Source: a virus
Taxonomy: Duplodnaviria; Caudoviricetes
IMG/VR virus record: IMGVR_UViG_2930461776_000001
Location: 1-64,000 of that record
Strand: one strand, 5' to 3'
DNA length: 64,000 bases
Below are positions 37,357-47,025 of this stretch, in pieces. The translations under genes and the position numbers were made by a program. The first letter of the stretch is position 1; the number at the start of each line of letters is the position of its first letter. The notes beneath the pieces are model-generated. The model saw only the letters and a program-made list of their open reading frames with translations. It was not told where the DNA came from and did no database searches.

Positions 37357-37553
37357 ACCCGACGCTCAGGGCCCCGGTCTCCGGCCGGGGCCTTCGCCTT
37401 GCCCGGCACCGCGCGCGCCATCCACCGGTTGTCCGTGAGCAGCCGCGGCTGCATCGCCGGCACCAAGCCGAGCGCAACCAGCTGGCGGAGGCCTTCCGCG
37501 CATTCCTGCTCGGTGTCTGCCTGAACCGCGAAGCGCATGCCCATAACGGCAGT
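37353..37553 (-). CDS. Hypothetical protein
   Basis: MRFAVQADTE...WMARA; start uncertain. Confidence 0.45.
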   Translation of the reverse strand, partial: TAVMGMRFAVQADTEQECAEGLRQLVALGLVPAMQPRLLTDNRWMARAVPGKAKAPAGDRGPERRV

Positions 37554-37678
37554 GTGGCCGCCCGTGAGGGCGCGTGTAGCCCGTTTAGGTGAAGACGGAA
37601 ATCTGGGCCCACAGGTGTGCAACCATCCCCATTCTTTACGTGTCCTTCACATACACATCGCACTTCCCAGGGGGACCC

Positions 37679-38341
37679 ATGGACCAGAACTACCCGCAGC
37701 AGCCCCAACAGCCCAACTGGGGCCAGCAGCCGACCCAGCCCGAATACGGCTACCCGCAGCAGCCCGGGTACCCGCAGCCGCAGCCGCCGAAGAAGCGCAA
37801 GACCGGGAAGATCATCGGCATCACCGCGGGCGTAGTCTTCGGCCTCTTCGTCATCGCCGCCATCGCCGGCGGAAGCGAGGACAACAAGAACGACAGCAGC
37901 AGCGACAAGCCGGCCGCCGTCACCTCCGACAAGCACAAAGCCGCCGCCGACGACAAAGATGACGAGCCCAAGGAAGAACCGGCCGCCGAGAAGACGACCA
38001 AGGCCCCGGTCAAGGAAGAGAAGACCGAGAAGCCCAAGCCGAAGGTCGTCACCTTCAAGGTGTGGGGCACCGCCCCCGCCGGCGCGCTCGGCCCGCTCGA
38101 CATCAACTACGGCTCCGACAGCGACAGCCGCACCGGCGAGTTCAAGAACGGCAAGTTCGAGGCGACACTGCCGCTGAAGGGCGACGCCATGTACTACAAC
38201 GTCATGGCCCAGTTGCAGGGCTCCGGCGACATCAACTGCTCGGTCACCGTGGACGGTGAGACGAAGAGCGCCCACGCGTCGGGCGACTACCAGATCTGCA
38301 ACGCCCAACTGAGCTCCGGACTCTTCGGAGGCTGGTCCTGA
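37679..38341 (+). CDS. Membrane-anchored protein, MmpS-like C-terminus
   Basis: P/Q-rich tail, TM, K/D/E linker, INCSVTVDG..C. Confidence 0.7.
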   Translation: MDQNYPQQPQQPNWGQQPTQPEYGYPQQPGYPQPQPPKKRKTGKIIGITAGVVFGLFVIAAIAGGSEDNKNDSSSDKPAAVTSDKHKAAADDKDDEPKEEPAAEKTTKAPVKEEKTEKPKPKVVTFKVWGTAPAGALGPLDINYGSDSDSRTGEFKNGKFEATLPLKGDAMYYNVMAQLQGSGDINCSVTVDGETKSAHASGDYQICNAQLSSGLFGGWS

Positions 38342-38811
38342 TGCCGGCGCCCAGCGTTACCCTCTACGACTATTGGCAAGCGTCAGAAGTGCCTGCGCCT
38401 GTCCTTGAGCGGTTCTGGTCGAAGGTCGCCGAGCAGGAGAACGGCTGCCTCACGTGGCAAGCGCAGCTGTCCGTCGGCGGGTACGGCGTCTTTTGCGTGC
38501 GGAAGCCGAAGAAGATGTACGCCCACCGCTTCGCCTATGAGCTGCTCGTCGGCCCAATCCCGGACGGCCTGGAGTTGGACCACCTGTGCCGGAACCGCTC
38601 CTGCCTGAACGTCTGCCACCTGGAGCCGGTGACCCACGCGGAGAACAGGGGGCGAACCCCTCCGAAGCGACACTGCCCCAACGGGCACGAATACACGCAG
38701 GAGAACATCCGCACATGGGTCAAGCGGGACGGCGTCGTCAGTCGGGCGTGTCGCGAGTGTCAGCACCAGCGAGCTCGCGCCTGGCGGCAGAGGAAGCGTG
38801 CCGTCGGCTGA
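38341..38811 (+). CDS. HNH homing endonuclease
   Basis: RFWSKV, AHR..YE, DHLCRNR.C.N..HLE.VT..EN, C..GH.Y...CREC. Confidence 0.9.
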   Translation: MPAPSVTLYDYWQASEVPAPVLERFWSKVAEQENGCLTWQAQLSVGGYGVFCVRKPKKMYAHRFAYELLVGPIPDGLELDHLCRNRSCLNVCHLEPVTHAENRGRTPPKRHCPNGHEYTQENIRTWVKRDGVVSRACRECQHQRARAWRQRKRAVG

Positions 38812-38891
38812 AGTCTGGTCCGTTCGGCGACTGGAGCTGACACACCCCCGCAGTCTGGCCCGGCTCGCGCCCGTGCGCGGCCGGGCCTTCG

Positions 38892-39137
38892 TCATGTCGT
38901 GGGCGGCTTGCGCCAGACGTCCAACCCGCGACCGTTGTAATTCGCTGAGGTCTCCATCGTGGGCCCGTTCCCGCCCGGCGATAGGAACGCTCGAACCTCG
39001 CCGGGGCCAAGCGGTGGAGGGGTGGGCATCGTCCCGCCGGAACGGCGGAGCAGGTGGCGTGTCACGCACACGGAGATGATCACGCCGAGTGCTGACCCGC
39101 CGCCAAGGCCAAGGAGCGCGGCAATCCCAGGACTCAT
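38892..39137 (-). CDS. Small membrane-anchored protein
   Basis: N-terminal TM; GGAG RBS. Confidence 0.4.
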   Translation of the reverse strand: MSPGIAALLGLGGGSALGVIISVCVTRHLLRRSGGTMPTPPPLGPGEVRAFLSPGGNGPTMETSANYNGRGLDVWRKPPTT

Positions 39138-39248
39138 GCTGCCAGTCTCCCAGAAGCCGCCGACTGTGCCATTGGCCCTGTGTGTCAACCTCTCATGCCA
39201 CCATTGGAACAAGAGTCGCCTTGCTTCCCGCACCACGAGGAGCCTGCC

Positions 39249-39974
39249 GTGCACGACTACTCCGATGACCTTCAGGGCTATGAGTGGCCCGCCTGTGTGA
39301 CGCCCCGCTGCAATCGGCAGTTGTGGGTGGCCGAAGCGGGCCGGTGGGCGTGCCGCCCCTGTGAGGACAAGACGGCCGCCCGTATCACCGAACTCCCCGG
39401 CCTCTTCGCCCAGCTCAACACGACGGCGATGCTCATGAAGGGCGCGTCCCGTATCAGCGGACCGTCCGGCAGCAAGACCCCGCCGATCCCGCCCCGCCTG
39501 GACGTCCTCAACCTCGTCGGCCCCGGCGGTATAGCCGCCAAGCTGTCGGCGATCGAGGACTCGTGGCGGAGTGCGCTCGGCTGGACGATCGCACCCTGGC
39601 GCGGCAGCCCGGCTCAGGCGATCCCGGATCACGTCCGCTTCCTGCGCGACAACCTGCTGTGGGCGTGCTCCAGTTACGAGTCTGTCGGTCAGGACATCGA
39701 CGACTTGCGCAAGCTGCACGGCGAATGCGCGGCGTTGGCGGCGGGGGAGAAGCGGCCCGGCCGCGTCCAGATCGGCGCCTGCCCCACCCCGGTCGACGAC
39801 GGCTGGTGCGGGACGGCGTTGACCGCATCCACCGGATCGCACCGTGTCCACTGCGGCGGATGCGGGGCACGCTGGGATGGGCTCGGGGAATGGCGGGAAC
39901 TGCGGGCCGCGCAAGAGGCCGCGACGGCTGAGCAGGCGCGGCAGGCGGCCGAGCAGGGAGAGGCGGCGGCATGA
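39249..39974 (+). CDS. Zn-finger phage protein (possible late regulator)
   Basis: C..C...C..C N-terminus; GACP...C...C..CG..W; GAGGAG RBS. Confidence 0.7.
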   Translation: MHDYSDDLQGYEWPACVTPRCNRQLWVAEAGRWACRPCEDKTAARITELPGLFAQLNTTAMLMKGASRISGPSGSKTPPIPPRLDVLNLVGPGGIAAKLSAIEDSWRSALGWTIAPWRGSPAQAIPDHVRFLRDNLLWACSSYESVGQDIDDLRKLHGECAALAAGEKRPGRVQIGACPTPVDDGWCGTALTASTGSHRVHCGGCGARWDGLGEWRELRAAQEAATAEQARQAAEQGEAAA

Positions 39975-40192
39975 ACAGCCCCCTCGCCCTCGGGATGCAG
40001 GCGCTGCGCCAGATCGACGGCTACGCCCGCTGGTGCATTCCGCGTGGCCACCTCTGGACCGGCCGCAGCGACGAGCACCCCAACTGGCGCGGCGTCTGCG
40101 TCACCTGCGGCAAAGTCGCACCCCCGCGCCCCGGATGGCGGCGCTTCATCTTCATGGGCGAGTGTGCCCCGAGCGGAGGGACGGCGGCGTGA
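39971..40192 (+). CDS. Small Cys-rich protein
   Basis: GGAGG RBS, ATGA coupling. Confidence 0.5.
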   Translation: MNSPLALGMQALRQIDGYARWCIPRGHLWTGRSDEHPNWRGVCVTCGKVAPPRPGWRRFIFMGECAPSGGTAA

Positions 40193-40425
40193 CCAGCGAA
40201 CCACTGCCTCACGCTGCCGACAAGATCCCCATCGTCACGGCCAACGACGGTCAGCCATACGCCCCCTGCGACGCCGTCCTTGCCCTCCTGCGGGCCATCG
40301 CCGAATCCTGCCGCAACCTCGCCGACGACCCCGACTGCGACCTCCACAGCGCAGGCGCCGCCATCGACATCGAAGCCGACACCCTCGAAGCACGCGCCAT
40401 CGGCCACACCACGGAGAACCCATGA
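40189..40425 (+). CDS. Hypothetical protein
   Basis: GTGA coupling. Confidence 0.55.
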   Translation: MTSEPLPHAADKIPIVTANDGQPYAPCDAVLALLRAIAESCRNLADDPDCDLHSAGAAIDIEADTLEARAIGHTTENP

Positions 40426-40565
40426 CGTGGCGAGACGTCCTCCTGTACGGCCCTGGCTGGGCCGCCTTCCTGATGTTGCCAGTCGGTTGGTGGCTAGACC
40501 GCCGATTCCGCCGCCGCTACCTCGAACGTTGGGGCGTCCCCTGTAACCCGAAGGGCTTTCGATGA
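40422..40565 (+). CDS. Small membrane protein
   Basis: ATGA coupling. Confidence 0.45.
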   Translation: MTWRDVLLYGPGWAAFLMLPVGWWLDRRFRRRYLERWGVPCNPKGFR

Positions 40566-40993
40566 GCGAGATCGCCGACTTCCTGCGGGCCCGGTACGCC
40601 GAACGGCGGGCGCTTGCCGAAGCGGCCGCCGAGGACTCCACGGCGAACTGGAGTGCCGGCGACGAGCACTTGGGTTCCAGCGTCAACGAGACCGCTTCGG
40701 GCGCGACAGTGGTCGTCGGACCATGGGATCACCTTGACTGGGACGTCCGCCGTCACATCGCCGCCAACGATCCGGCAGGCATCATCGCCAACCTCGACGT
40801 CAACCTTGCCGTGGTTGACCTGCACGACAGTGCCGGTTCGCACCGATGTCCCACCTACGACCAGTACCCCGGAACTGAGCGGTACGTCGACCCTGACCCG
40901 CGTATACGCGTCCAGCCGTGCAGCACTCTCCGAGTTCTCGCCCAGCCGTTCGCCGGCCACCCTGATCACAAGGGCGAGGAGTGGGCGCCATGA
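40562..40993 (+). CDS. DUF6221-like protein
   Basis: FLRARY...HIA..DP...LR.LA.P...HP...EW.P. Confidence 0.7.
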   Translation: MSEIADFLRARYAERRALAEAAAEDSTANWSAGDEHLGSSVNETASGATVVVGPWDHLDWDVRRHIAANDPAGIIANLDVNLAVVDLHDSAGSHRCPTYDQYPGTERYVDPDPRIRVQPCSTLRVLAQPFAGHPDHKGEEWAP

Positions 40994-41280
40994 CTGCCCC
41001 GCCGTGGGGCCACAAACCCCCACCCGTCGAGGACGTCACCACCTACTGGAACCAGCCCCCGCCCGCCATGTCCCCGCGCTGCGGCTACTGGATCACCCGC
41101 CACCACAACGGCACCTGGCGATCCAACCGGTGGATCAGACGCCAGGGCTACCACGCAGCAGCCGAACAGCTCGGAGTGTGGATCTGGGGGTACCTGCATG
41201 TGATCCGGCCGCTGATCGATGAAGAAGATGAGAGCCTCTCACCTGCGCGAATCCCGGCGAATAGATCCATATCCCAGTAG
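40990..41280 (+). CDS. Hypothetical protein
   Basis: GAGGAG RBS, ATGA coupling. Confidence 0.45.
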   Translation: MTAPPWGHKPPPVEDVTTYWNQPPPAMSPRCGYWITRHHNGTWRSNRWIRRQGYHAAAEQLGVWIWGYLHVIRPLIDEEDESLSPARIPANRSISQ

Positions 41281-41354
41281 AATTAGGGCAGTTGAGACCC
41301 CGGCGGATGCTGCGAACATCCCCGGGGCGCGGCCGACCTTCCAAGGAGATCGAC

Positions 41355-42008
41355 ATGGGTAAGGGTAGACCGTTCATACCCGCACACGAACGGCAGAAGA
41401 GCGAGCGTGAGCGCATAAGGCTCCCGTTCCGGCACCTCGTAGATCCACAGGACCCCTACTACTACGACATCTCTATGCACCTGGAGATGCAGCGCCGAGC
41501 CGGGATCGAGATCGATCAGACCGTTGCCGACAACGCGGTCAAGTTCATCCACTGGAAGCACGGCCTCACCAAGGAGCGCGACGAGAGGCGCAGGGCAGTC
41601 GAAGCAGCGCAGGCAGCACAAGCCCGAAGTGACGCAGAGGTCTGGCGTGCCCAACGCGAGGCCGCCAGACGATGGAAGACATCGCCTGGCATCGTCTACT
41701 ACATCCTCCGCGGTGCGCTCATAAAGATCGGGACAACCGTCCGACCCCGTCAGCGCTTCGACGCCCTCATGCCCGACGCCGTGCTGGCCATCGAGCCAGG
41801 AGACGCCGAACTCGAACGACTCAGGCACACCCAGTTCGCCGCCCTCCGAGATCAGAAGGTCGGACGCGAGTACTTCACCCCAGGTCCCGATCTAATCGAC
41901 TTCATCCGGGAGTTGCGGACCGAGCATGGAGTGCCCGACGTGCCACACGCCTCGCTCATCGATCGGGACACGGCCGATGCGACAGTGAAAGACCTGCTCG
42001 ACCCCTGA
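41355..42008 (+). CDS. GIY-YIG/T5orf172-like domain protein
   Basis: VYY...IKIGTT..RQR...E..RH.QF..LR...EYF. Confidence 0.75.
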   Translation: MGKGRPFIPAHERQKSERERIRLPFRHLVDPQDPYYYDISMHLEMQRRAGIEIDQTVADNAVKFIHWKHGLTKERDERRRAVEAAQAAQARSDAEVWRAQREAARRWKTSPGIVYYILRGALIKIGTTVRPRQRFDALMPDAVLAIEPGDAELERLRHTQFAALRDQKVGREYFTPGPDLIDFIRELRTEHGVPDVPHASLIDRDTADATVKDLLDP

Positions 42009-42090
42009 CCTGCGCGAGCCGCTTGTGCTACAGGCGATCACCCCTGTAATCTCCAAAACGACATAGGACACGTGTCCCCCCAGTCACATG

Positions 42091-42123
42091 AACCCCCGCC
42101 GTGAGGATCCCGGCGGGGGTTTC
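42091..42123. terminator. Hairpin with U-tail
   Basis: AACCCCCGCCG-loop-CGGCGGGGGTTT. Confidence 0.55.
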
Positions 42124-42143
42124 TGCATGCCCCGGGAGGTGTC

Positions 42144-42446
42144 GTGGACGGCTCCGCAAGTGAAGCCCGATGGAAAGCACTCGCCGAAGTCCAAGACGAT
42201 GTCGGCGCCGACGTCCTCGGCGACCTCTGGAAGGCGGCTGAAGCCGCAGGCGTCATGCCCAACACGCTGCGCGTCTGGATGACCCGCGGCAAGCTCAAGC
42301 CCCTCTTCGGAGAACGCGGCCAAGAGGTCTTCCACATTCCCACCGTCATCGCCATTGCCGAAGCCGGGCGATCCCGCAACATCCCCAAGGACCCAGCCGC
42401 CAACGCGCGCGGCCCCCACAAGCGGCGGCTCCAAGCAGCCGCCTGA
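42144..42446 (+). CDS. HTH DNA-binding protein
   Basis: AAEAAGV.PNTLRVW..RGKL. Confidence 0.7.
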   Translation: MDGSASEARWKALAEVQDDVGADVLGDLWKAAEAAGVMPNTLRVWMTRGKLKPLFGERGQEVFHIPTVIAIAEAGRSRNIPKDPAANARGPHKRRLQAAA

Positions 42447-42560
42447 TCTCCCTGCTGCTGTGGTGCGGCGCAGGGCCGGGCCTAGAAGCGCCACGCGCTC
42501 GGCCCACCGTCCGCCCGGTCCTTGTGGGGGACCGGGCGGGCAACAACCTCTGGAGGTGCC

Positions 42561-42818
42561 GTGGCCGCCGTCTACCGGTACGAGATCCCCGTCGACGACC
42601 GCTGGCACCCCCTCCAGTTCGATGGGCCAATCCTTCACGTCGCGTGTCGCAACATGCACGTGGTCGAGGTGTGGGTGATGAACGCGCCCGGCCCGAAGCC
42701 GACGCGGAGCTTCCGCGTCTACGGCACCGGCCACTCACTGCCACCCGACCTCGAGTACGTCGGGACCGCACTCGCGCCCGGCGATCAACTGGTCTGGCAC
42801 CTCTTCGAAACCGCCTGA
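42561..42818 (+). CDS. Conserved phage hypothetical protein
   Basis: GGAGG RBS; YGTGH...YVGT...LVWHLFE. Confidence 0.7.
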   Translation: MAAVYRYEIPVDDRWHPLQFDGPILHVACRNMHVVEVWVMNAPGPKPTRSFRVYGTGHSLPPDLEYVGTALAPGDQLVWHLFETA

Positions 42819-43043
42819 ACCCGGGGCTGGCCGCTCATCCAAGCCCCGCACGTCCCGCCGCCCGCCATCCCCCATGCCATGGGCGGCGGGACCCCGATAC
42901 GCAGGGGTGCCGGATGCTCCGGCGCAGCGCCTGGTGGGGAGCCCCAAGCGGTGTAAGTCCCATCGCGAAGCGCCAACGACTCCCCGGCACCCTTGCCCTC
43001 ACCTCTCCCGCGCCACGCGGCGCACACCTGAACGGAGTCCGCC

Positions 43044-43490
43044 GTGGCCAACCTGACATTCAACCAAGCGCTCGGCCGCGTAGCCGCGCTCGCCGCCCTG
43101 CCCGCCACGAACGACGCCCTCATCGCCGTCCCCCTCGAAGCCACCGGCCTTGTCACCGACGCGACCATGCGGGACTACGACACCCTCGACGCGATCCTCT
43201 CCGGCGCTTCCAACGAGCAGACCACCATGGGCCGCAAGACCCTGGCCTCCGTCACTGTCACCGTCGACGACACCAACGACCGGGTCGCGATCGACTGCGC
43301 CGACATCACCTGGACCGCCCCCACCGGCAACGCCGTCGGCGCTCTCGTCATCTGCTACGACCCGGACACCACCACCGGCACCGACGTAGACCTGATCCCG
43401 CTCACGAAGCACGACCTGGCGCTCACCCCTGACGGGAACAACTTCTCGCTGACCGTCGCAGACTTCTTCCGGGCCAGCTCCACCGCATAG
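43044..43490 (+). CDS. Putative virion structural protein
   Basis: T/D-rich beta-type composition at the start of the structural cluster. Confidence 0.65.
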   Translation: MANLTFNQALGRVAALAALPATNDALIAVPLEATGLVTDATMRDYDTLDAILSGASNEQTTMGRKTLASVTVTVDDTNDRVAIDCADITWTAPTGNAVGALVICYDPDTTTGTDVDLIPLTKHDLALTPDGNNFSLTVADFFRASSTA

Positions 43491-43505
43491 CCGGCGGGAG
43501 GCGCC

Positions 43506-44603
43506 GTGGCCACGTTCACCGACGACTTCAACCGCGCCAACACCTCGGATCTCGGCGCCGGCTGGGTCGAGGTGTCCGGCGACTGGTCCATCGTCTCCAA
43601 CCAGCTCTCGCCCGGTTCATCCGGCGGGACGATCATCCTGCGCGCCTCCGGAGCGATGGACAGCAGCGACCACTCCGCGCAGGTCAAGATCGCCGCCACG
43701 ACAGCGGCCAGCCAAGGCGTGTGGTGCCGCGGCAACAGCAACATCAGCTCGGGCTATCTGTGGCGCAACGACGGCAGCTCCTGGGATCTCTTCTCCGTTG
43801 TCGGCGGCAGCTTCACCGTCATCGGCACCTACGCGGCCGCCGCCGCACCCGGCGATGTCGCGAAGGTCCAGGCCGTCGGGTCAACGATCAAGGCTTTCGT
43901 CAACGGCGTTGAGAGGGTCTCGCTCACCAACACGCACGTAACCACGGGCACCAGTGTCGGCCTCCGCTCCGAATCAACCAACGCGATCCGCTTCGACGAC
44001 TTCACTGCAGCCGACGTCACCGCCGGCGCAACCCTCGACGTCGCAGCCTCCACAGAGACCGCACAGACACTCGCCGGCGCCAAAGCCGCCACGCTCGGGA
44101 TCGCAGCCGCCAGTCACGCAGCGCAGGCGCTCACAGGCTCGAAGAGCGGGGTACTCAGCGTCAGCGCCAACCTGGAGACGGCGCAGGCCCTGAGCGGCCT
44201 GAAGGCCGCCGCCCTCGACCCCGCGGGCGGCGCCGAAGCTGCCCAGCCCCTGACCGGCGGCAAGACGAGCGTGCTCGGTATCGCGCTAGCAGGCGCCGCG
44301 GCGCAGGCCCTCGTCGGCGCGAAGACCGCTTCGCTGACCACTGCCGCCACGATCGAGACCGCCGAGCCCCTCACGCTGGCCGCGAGCCTCAACCTCGCCA
44401 CAGCGGCAGCCACCGAAGCAGCCCGGCCACTGACTGGCGCCAAGACCGCCACGCTCGCCCCGGCCATCGAGGGCAGCACCGCGAGGCCACTCGCCGCAGC
44501 CGGCCCCGACGAAGACGTCGACCTCACCGTCGGCGCGCCGTACAGCCCATGGCAGGCGGGCACGCCACACGGCAGCGGCTGGGAGGTGGGCACCCCATGG
44601 TGA
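43506..44603 (+). CDS. Putative minor tail protein: lectin-like N-terminus plus ~19-aa Ala/Thr repeats
   Basis: FTDDFNRA...FDDF domain; repeated AQ.L.G.K...L units. Confidence 0.65.
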   Translation: MATFTDDFNRANTSDLGAGWVEVSGDWSIVSNQLSPGSSGGTIILRASGAMDSSDHSAQVKIAATTAASQGVWCRGNSNISSGYLWRNDGSSWDLFSVVGGSFTVIGTYAAAAAPGDVAKVQAVGSTIKAFVNGVERVSLTNTHVTTGTSVGLRSESTNAIRFDDFTAADVTAGATLDVAASTETAQTLAGAKAATLGIAAASHAAQALTGSKSGVLSVSANLETAQALSGLKAAALDPAGGAEAAQPLTGGKTSVLGIALAGAAAQALVGAKTASLTTAATIETAEPLTLAASLNLATAAATEAARPLTGAKTATLAPAIEGSTARPLAAAGPDEDVDLTVGAPYSPWQAGTPHGSGWEVGTPW

Positions 44604-44884
44604 TCCCCAGCACCTCCACCGAGTTCGTGCACGTGCCCGTCACAGTGCCCGCCGGCGTCGACACGGGATCAACCCCGGTGCGGATCGCGGTCGTCGCCCA
44701 CCGCGCCAATCCCGATGACGACGAATGGCACACCGCAGCCTGGGCCGGCAGCGACGCCCGCGTACTTGTCGGCCCCGGCACCGACCTCGTCCTCACCGCA
44801 GGCGACTACCGGGTGTGGATCGCCGTCGACCCGCCCGGCGCCGAGAACATCGTCCGCCAATCCGGAGTCCTCTCCGTCACCTAG
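44597..44884 (+). CDS. Putative structural protein
   Basis: GGAGG RBS; LVGPG...L.AG.Y.VW. Confidence 0.6.
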   Translation: MVIPSTSTEFVHVPVTVPAGVDTGSTPVRIAVVAHRANPDDDEWHTAAWAGSDARVLVGPGTDLVLTAGDYRVWIAVDPPGAENIVRQSGVLSVT

Positions 44885-45468
44885 CGAGCGATCGGCGGAG
44901 TGCGTTCCGGTGCCGGAGAGCGGGAGATATTCCGGAGACCGGTTGCGTGACGCTCGACGATCCAGCGGCCTATATCTAGGCGACGGGCGATACTCGCGTA
45001 GCTCTCCCCGGCGGCGAGTCCTTCATCAATCTTTGCGTCGATCTCTGGCGTGGTGGCCAAGGGGCGGCCACGGGGAAGATTCTTCTCCTTAAGGTCCGTC
45101 ATGTTCTCCTGGTGAGTCCCCAGGAACCAGTGCCGGGGGTTGTGGCACCACCCGTGATCGCAGGTGTGGCACACGTGGAGGTCTCCCGGGTCCTGCCCAT
45201 GGGCGATCTCCCAGCCGACCCGGGTGGCGATACGAGTCTTGCCCCTCCATCGGAAGGCCCCGCGGTCCACGCTGGCGTAAGCGCCTATCCAAGGCCAGCA
45301 TTCGTCAGGCCCCCTGCGATCCACCTTCTCGTGGTAGCGCTGCACGGGGGTCTTCTTAGGCGCCGAGGCGAGCGGATCTCCGAAACGGTGCCAGCGCAGG
45401 TAATGAGAGCGGCACCAGCCTCGCGATTGAACGTGAATTGGGTTCTCGCAACCTTCGATTGAACACAT
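44881..45468 (-). CDS. HNH homing endonuclease (antisense insertion)
   Basis: CS..GC...C..HY.RW.R.GDP; CWPW; CHTCD..C.NP.H..GT..EN. Confidence 0.9.
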   Translation of the reverse strand: MCSIEGCENPIHVQSRGWCRSHYLRWHRFGDPLASAPKKTPVQRYHEKVDRRGPDECWPWIGAYASVDRGAFRWRGKTRIATRVGWEIAHGQDPGDLHVCHTCDHGWCHNPRHWFLGTHQENMTDLKEKNLPRGRPLATTPEIDAKIDEGLAAGESYASIARRLDIGRWIVERHATGLRNISRSPAPERTPPIAR

Positions 45469-45513
45469 GCCTGCATTTTATTTGATAACGCGCCCGAAAA
45501 GGTGGTGTTCGTC

Positions 45514-45897
45514 ATTAGCGATAACCTTTCGAATACGGCCGAGAACCGGGCCCTGGATTGGCTGATGGGCGGAAGCCCCACCCCGCCGGACCCGGACATG
45601 AAGGTCGCCCTCGTCACCGCGGCAGGTGACGACGCCACTGCCGGCACCGAGGTTGTCGGCGGCTCCTACGCCCGCCAGACCCTCACCGTTGGCGCCGCAT
45701 CCGGTGGAGCTGTCTCCAACTCGGCAGACCTGGTGTTCTCCGGCATGCCGGCGTGCACGATCGTCGGCTGGGAAATCTGGGACACCGCCGGCACCCCGGT
45801 CCGCTGGTGGTACGGGCCCCTCGACACCAACCGGACGCTCCTGGCTGGTGATGAGTATCGGATTACGGCAGGGAATCTCGACTTGTCGATCAGCTGA
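45514..45897 (+). CDS. Phage tail-associated protein (start uncertain: ATT 45514 or GTG 45502)
   Basis: AENRALDWL...VAL.TA...EV.GGSYARQ...N.ADL.F. Confidence 0.7.
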   Translation: MSDNLSNTAENRALDWLMGGSPTPPDPDMKVALVTAAGDDATAGTEVVGGSYARQTLTVGAASGGAVSNSADLVFSGMPACTIVGWEIWDTAGTPVRWWYGPLDTNRTLLAGDEYRITAGNLDLSIS

Positions 45898-45909
45898 TCG
45901 GAGGCGTGC

Positions 45910-47025
45910 ATGCCCTCCCTATCGACCTTGATCGACGACTTCAACGACGCGACGATCGGGCCGAACTGGGGCAACAGCTACGGGGGAGTCTCCGAATCCG
46001 GCGGCAAAGCCCACGTCCCCTGCGGCACCGGCTACGCCGGTTACCAGACCGCCTACAGCTGGACCCTTGCAGGCGCCACCTTCTACGTCGCGGTCACCAC
46101 TGTCCCGGCCGCGTCGACGGCCACCGAGGCCTACGCGTCGGTGTTCGTCAACCATCCGGACATTGCCACCAATGGCACCCGCATCGGCTTCGTCATCAAC
46201 ACCGTCACCGGCCAGTTGAGGTGCAAGAACGACACCGGGTACTTCGACGCGGGCAGCGTCGACCTCACCTACTCGGCGGTCACGCACAAGTTCCTGCGGC
46301 TTCGTGAGGACGGCACCAACGTCTACTGGGACACGTCGCCCGACGGGACGACGTGGACCAACCGGCGCACCCTCGCCACCCCAGCCTGGGTGACCGCCTC
46401 GGTCGACACCTGCGCCCTGGACCTATCCGCTCACCGCGACGCAGGCACTGCTGACGAGGCGCAGTACGACATGGCGAATACGTTGTCGGACGGTGCCGTC
46501 TACACCGGCACCGCCGCAGGCAGCGCCGAGTCCGGGGCCACCGCGACCGGCATGCTCGCCGCCTCCGGCTCCGCCACCGGCAGCGCACAGTCGAACGCCA
46601 CCACCGTCGGCCTCACCGTCGTCCACGGCACCGCAACCGGCAGCGCGCAGAGCGACGCGAGCGCCACAGGCGTAGGCGACACGCTTCCGGAGGTGGCTGG
46701 ATTGACCGCCGGAACCTGGGACTTGAAGATCGAGCAGGGCGCCACCTTCGTCCAGACCTTCACCGCCCTCGACGACGGCTTCACCTGGGACGGCTGGACC
46801 GCCCGCGCCCAGATCCGCTCCGCACCCGCCGACTCCGGCGACCTCCTCATCACCCTCACCCCCTACCTGACCGTCGACGGCCCGTCCGTGCAGATCGCCC
46901 TGCCGGCCACCCAGACCCAGACCCTCACCCGCAACGGCGTGTGGGACCTCGAGATGGTGTCCGGCTCCACCGTCGTGCGCTGGCTGGAGGGCAAGGTCAT
47001 CGTGTCGCTGGAGGTGACCAGGTGA
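45910..47025 (+). CDS. Putative minor tail protein
   Basis: DDFND N-terminus, S/T/A repeats, C-terminal IEQGATF...AQIR...WDLE. Confidence 0.65.
   Translation: MPSLSTLIDDFNDATIGPNWGNSYGGVSESGGKAHVPCGTGYAGYQTAYSWTLAGATFYVAVTTVPAASTATEAYASVFVNHPDIATNGTRIGFVINTVTGQLRCKNDTGYFDAGSVDLTYSAVTHKFLRLREDGTNVYWDTSPDGTTWTNRRTLATPAWVTASVDTCALDLSAHRDAGTADEAQYDMANTLSDGAVYTGTAAGSAESGATATGMLAASGSATGSAQSNATTVGLTVVHGTATGSAQSDASATGVGDTLPEVAGLTAGTWDLKIEQGATFVQTFTALDDGFTWDGWTARAQIRSAPADSGDLLITLTPYLTVDGPSVQIALPATQTQTLTRNGVWDLEMVSGSTVVRWLEGKVIVSLEVTR

Noticed and set aside
42900-43000. tRNA gene
   Set aside because: No canonical cloverleaf or GTTC T-arm could be built.
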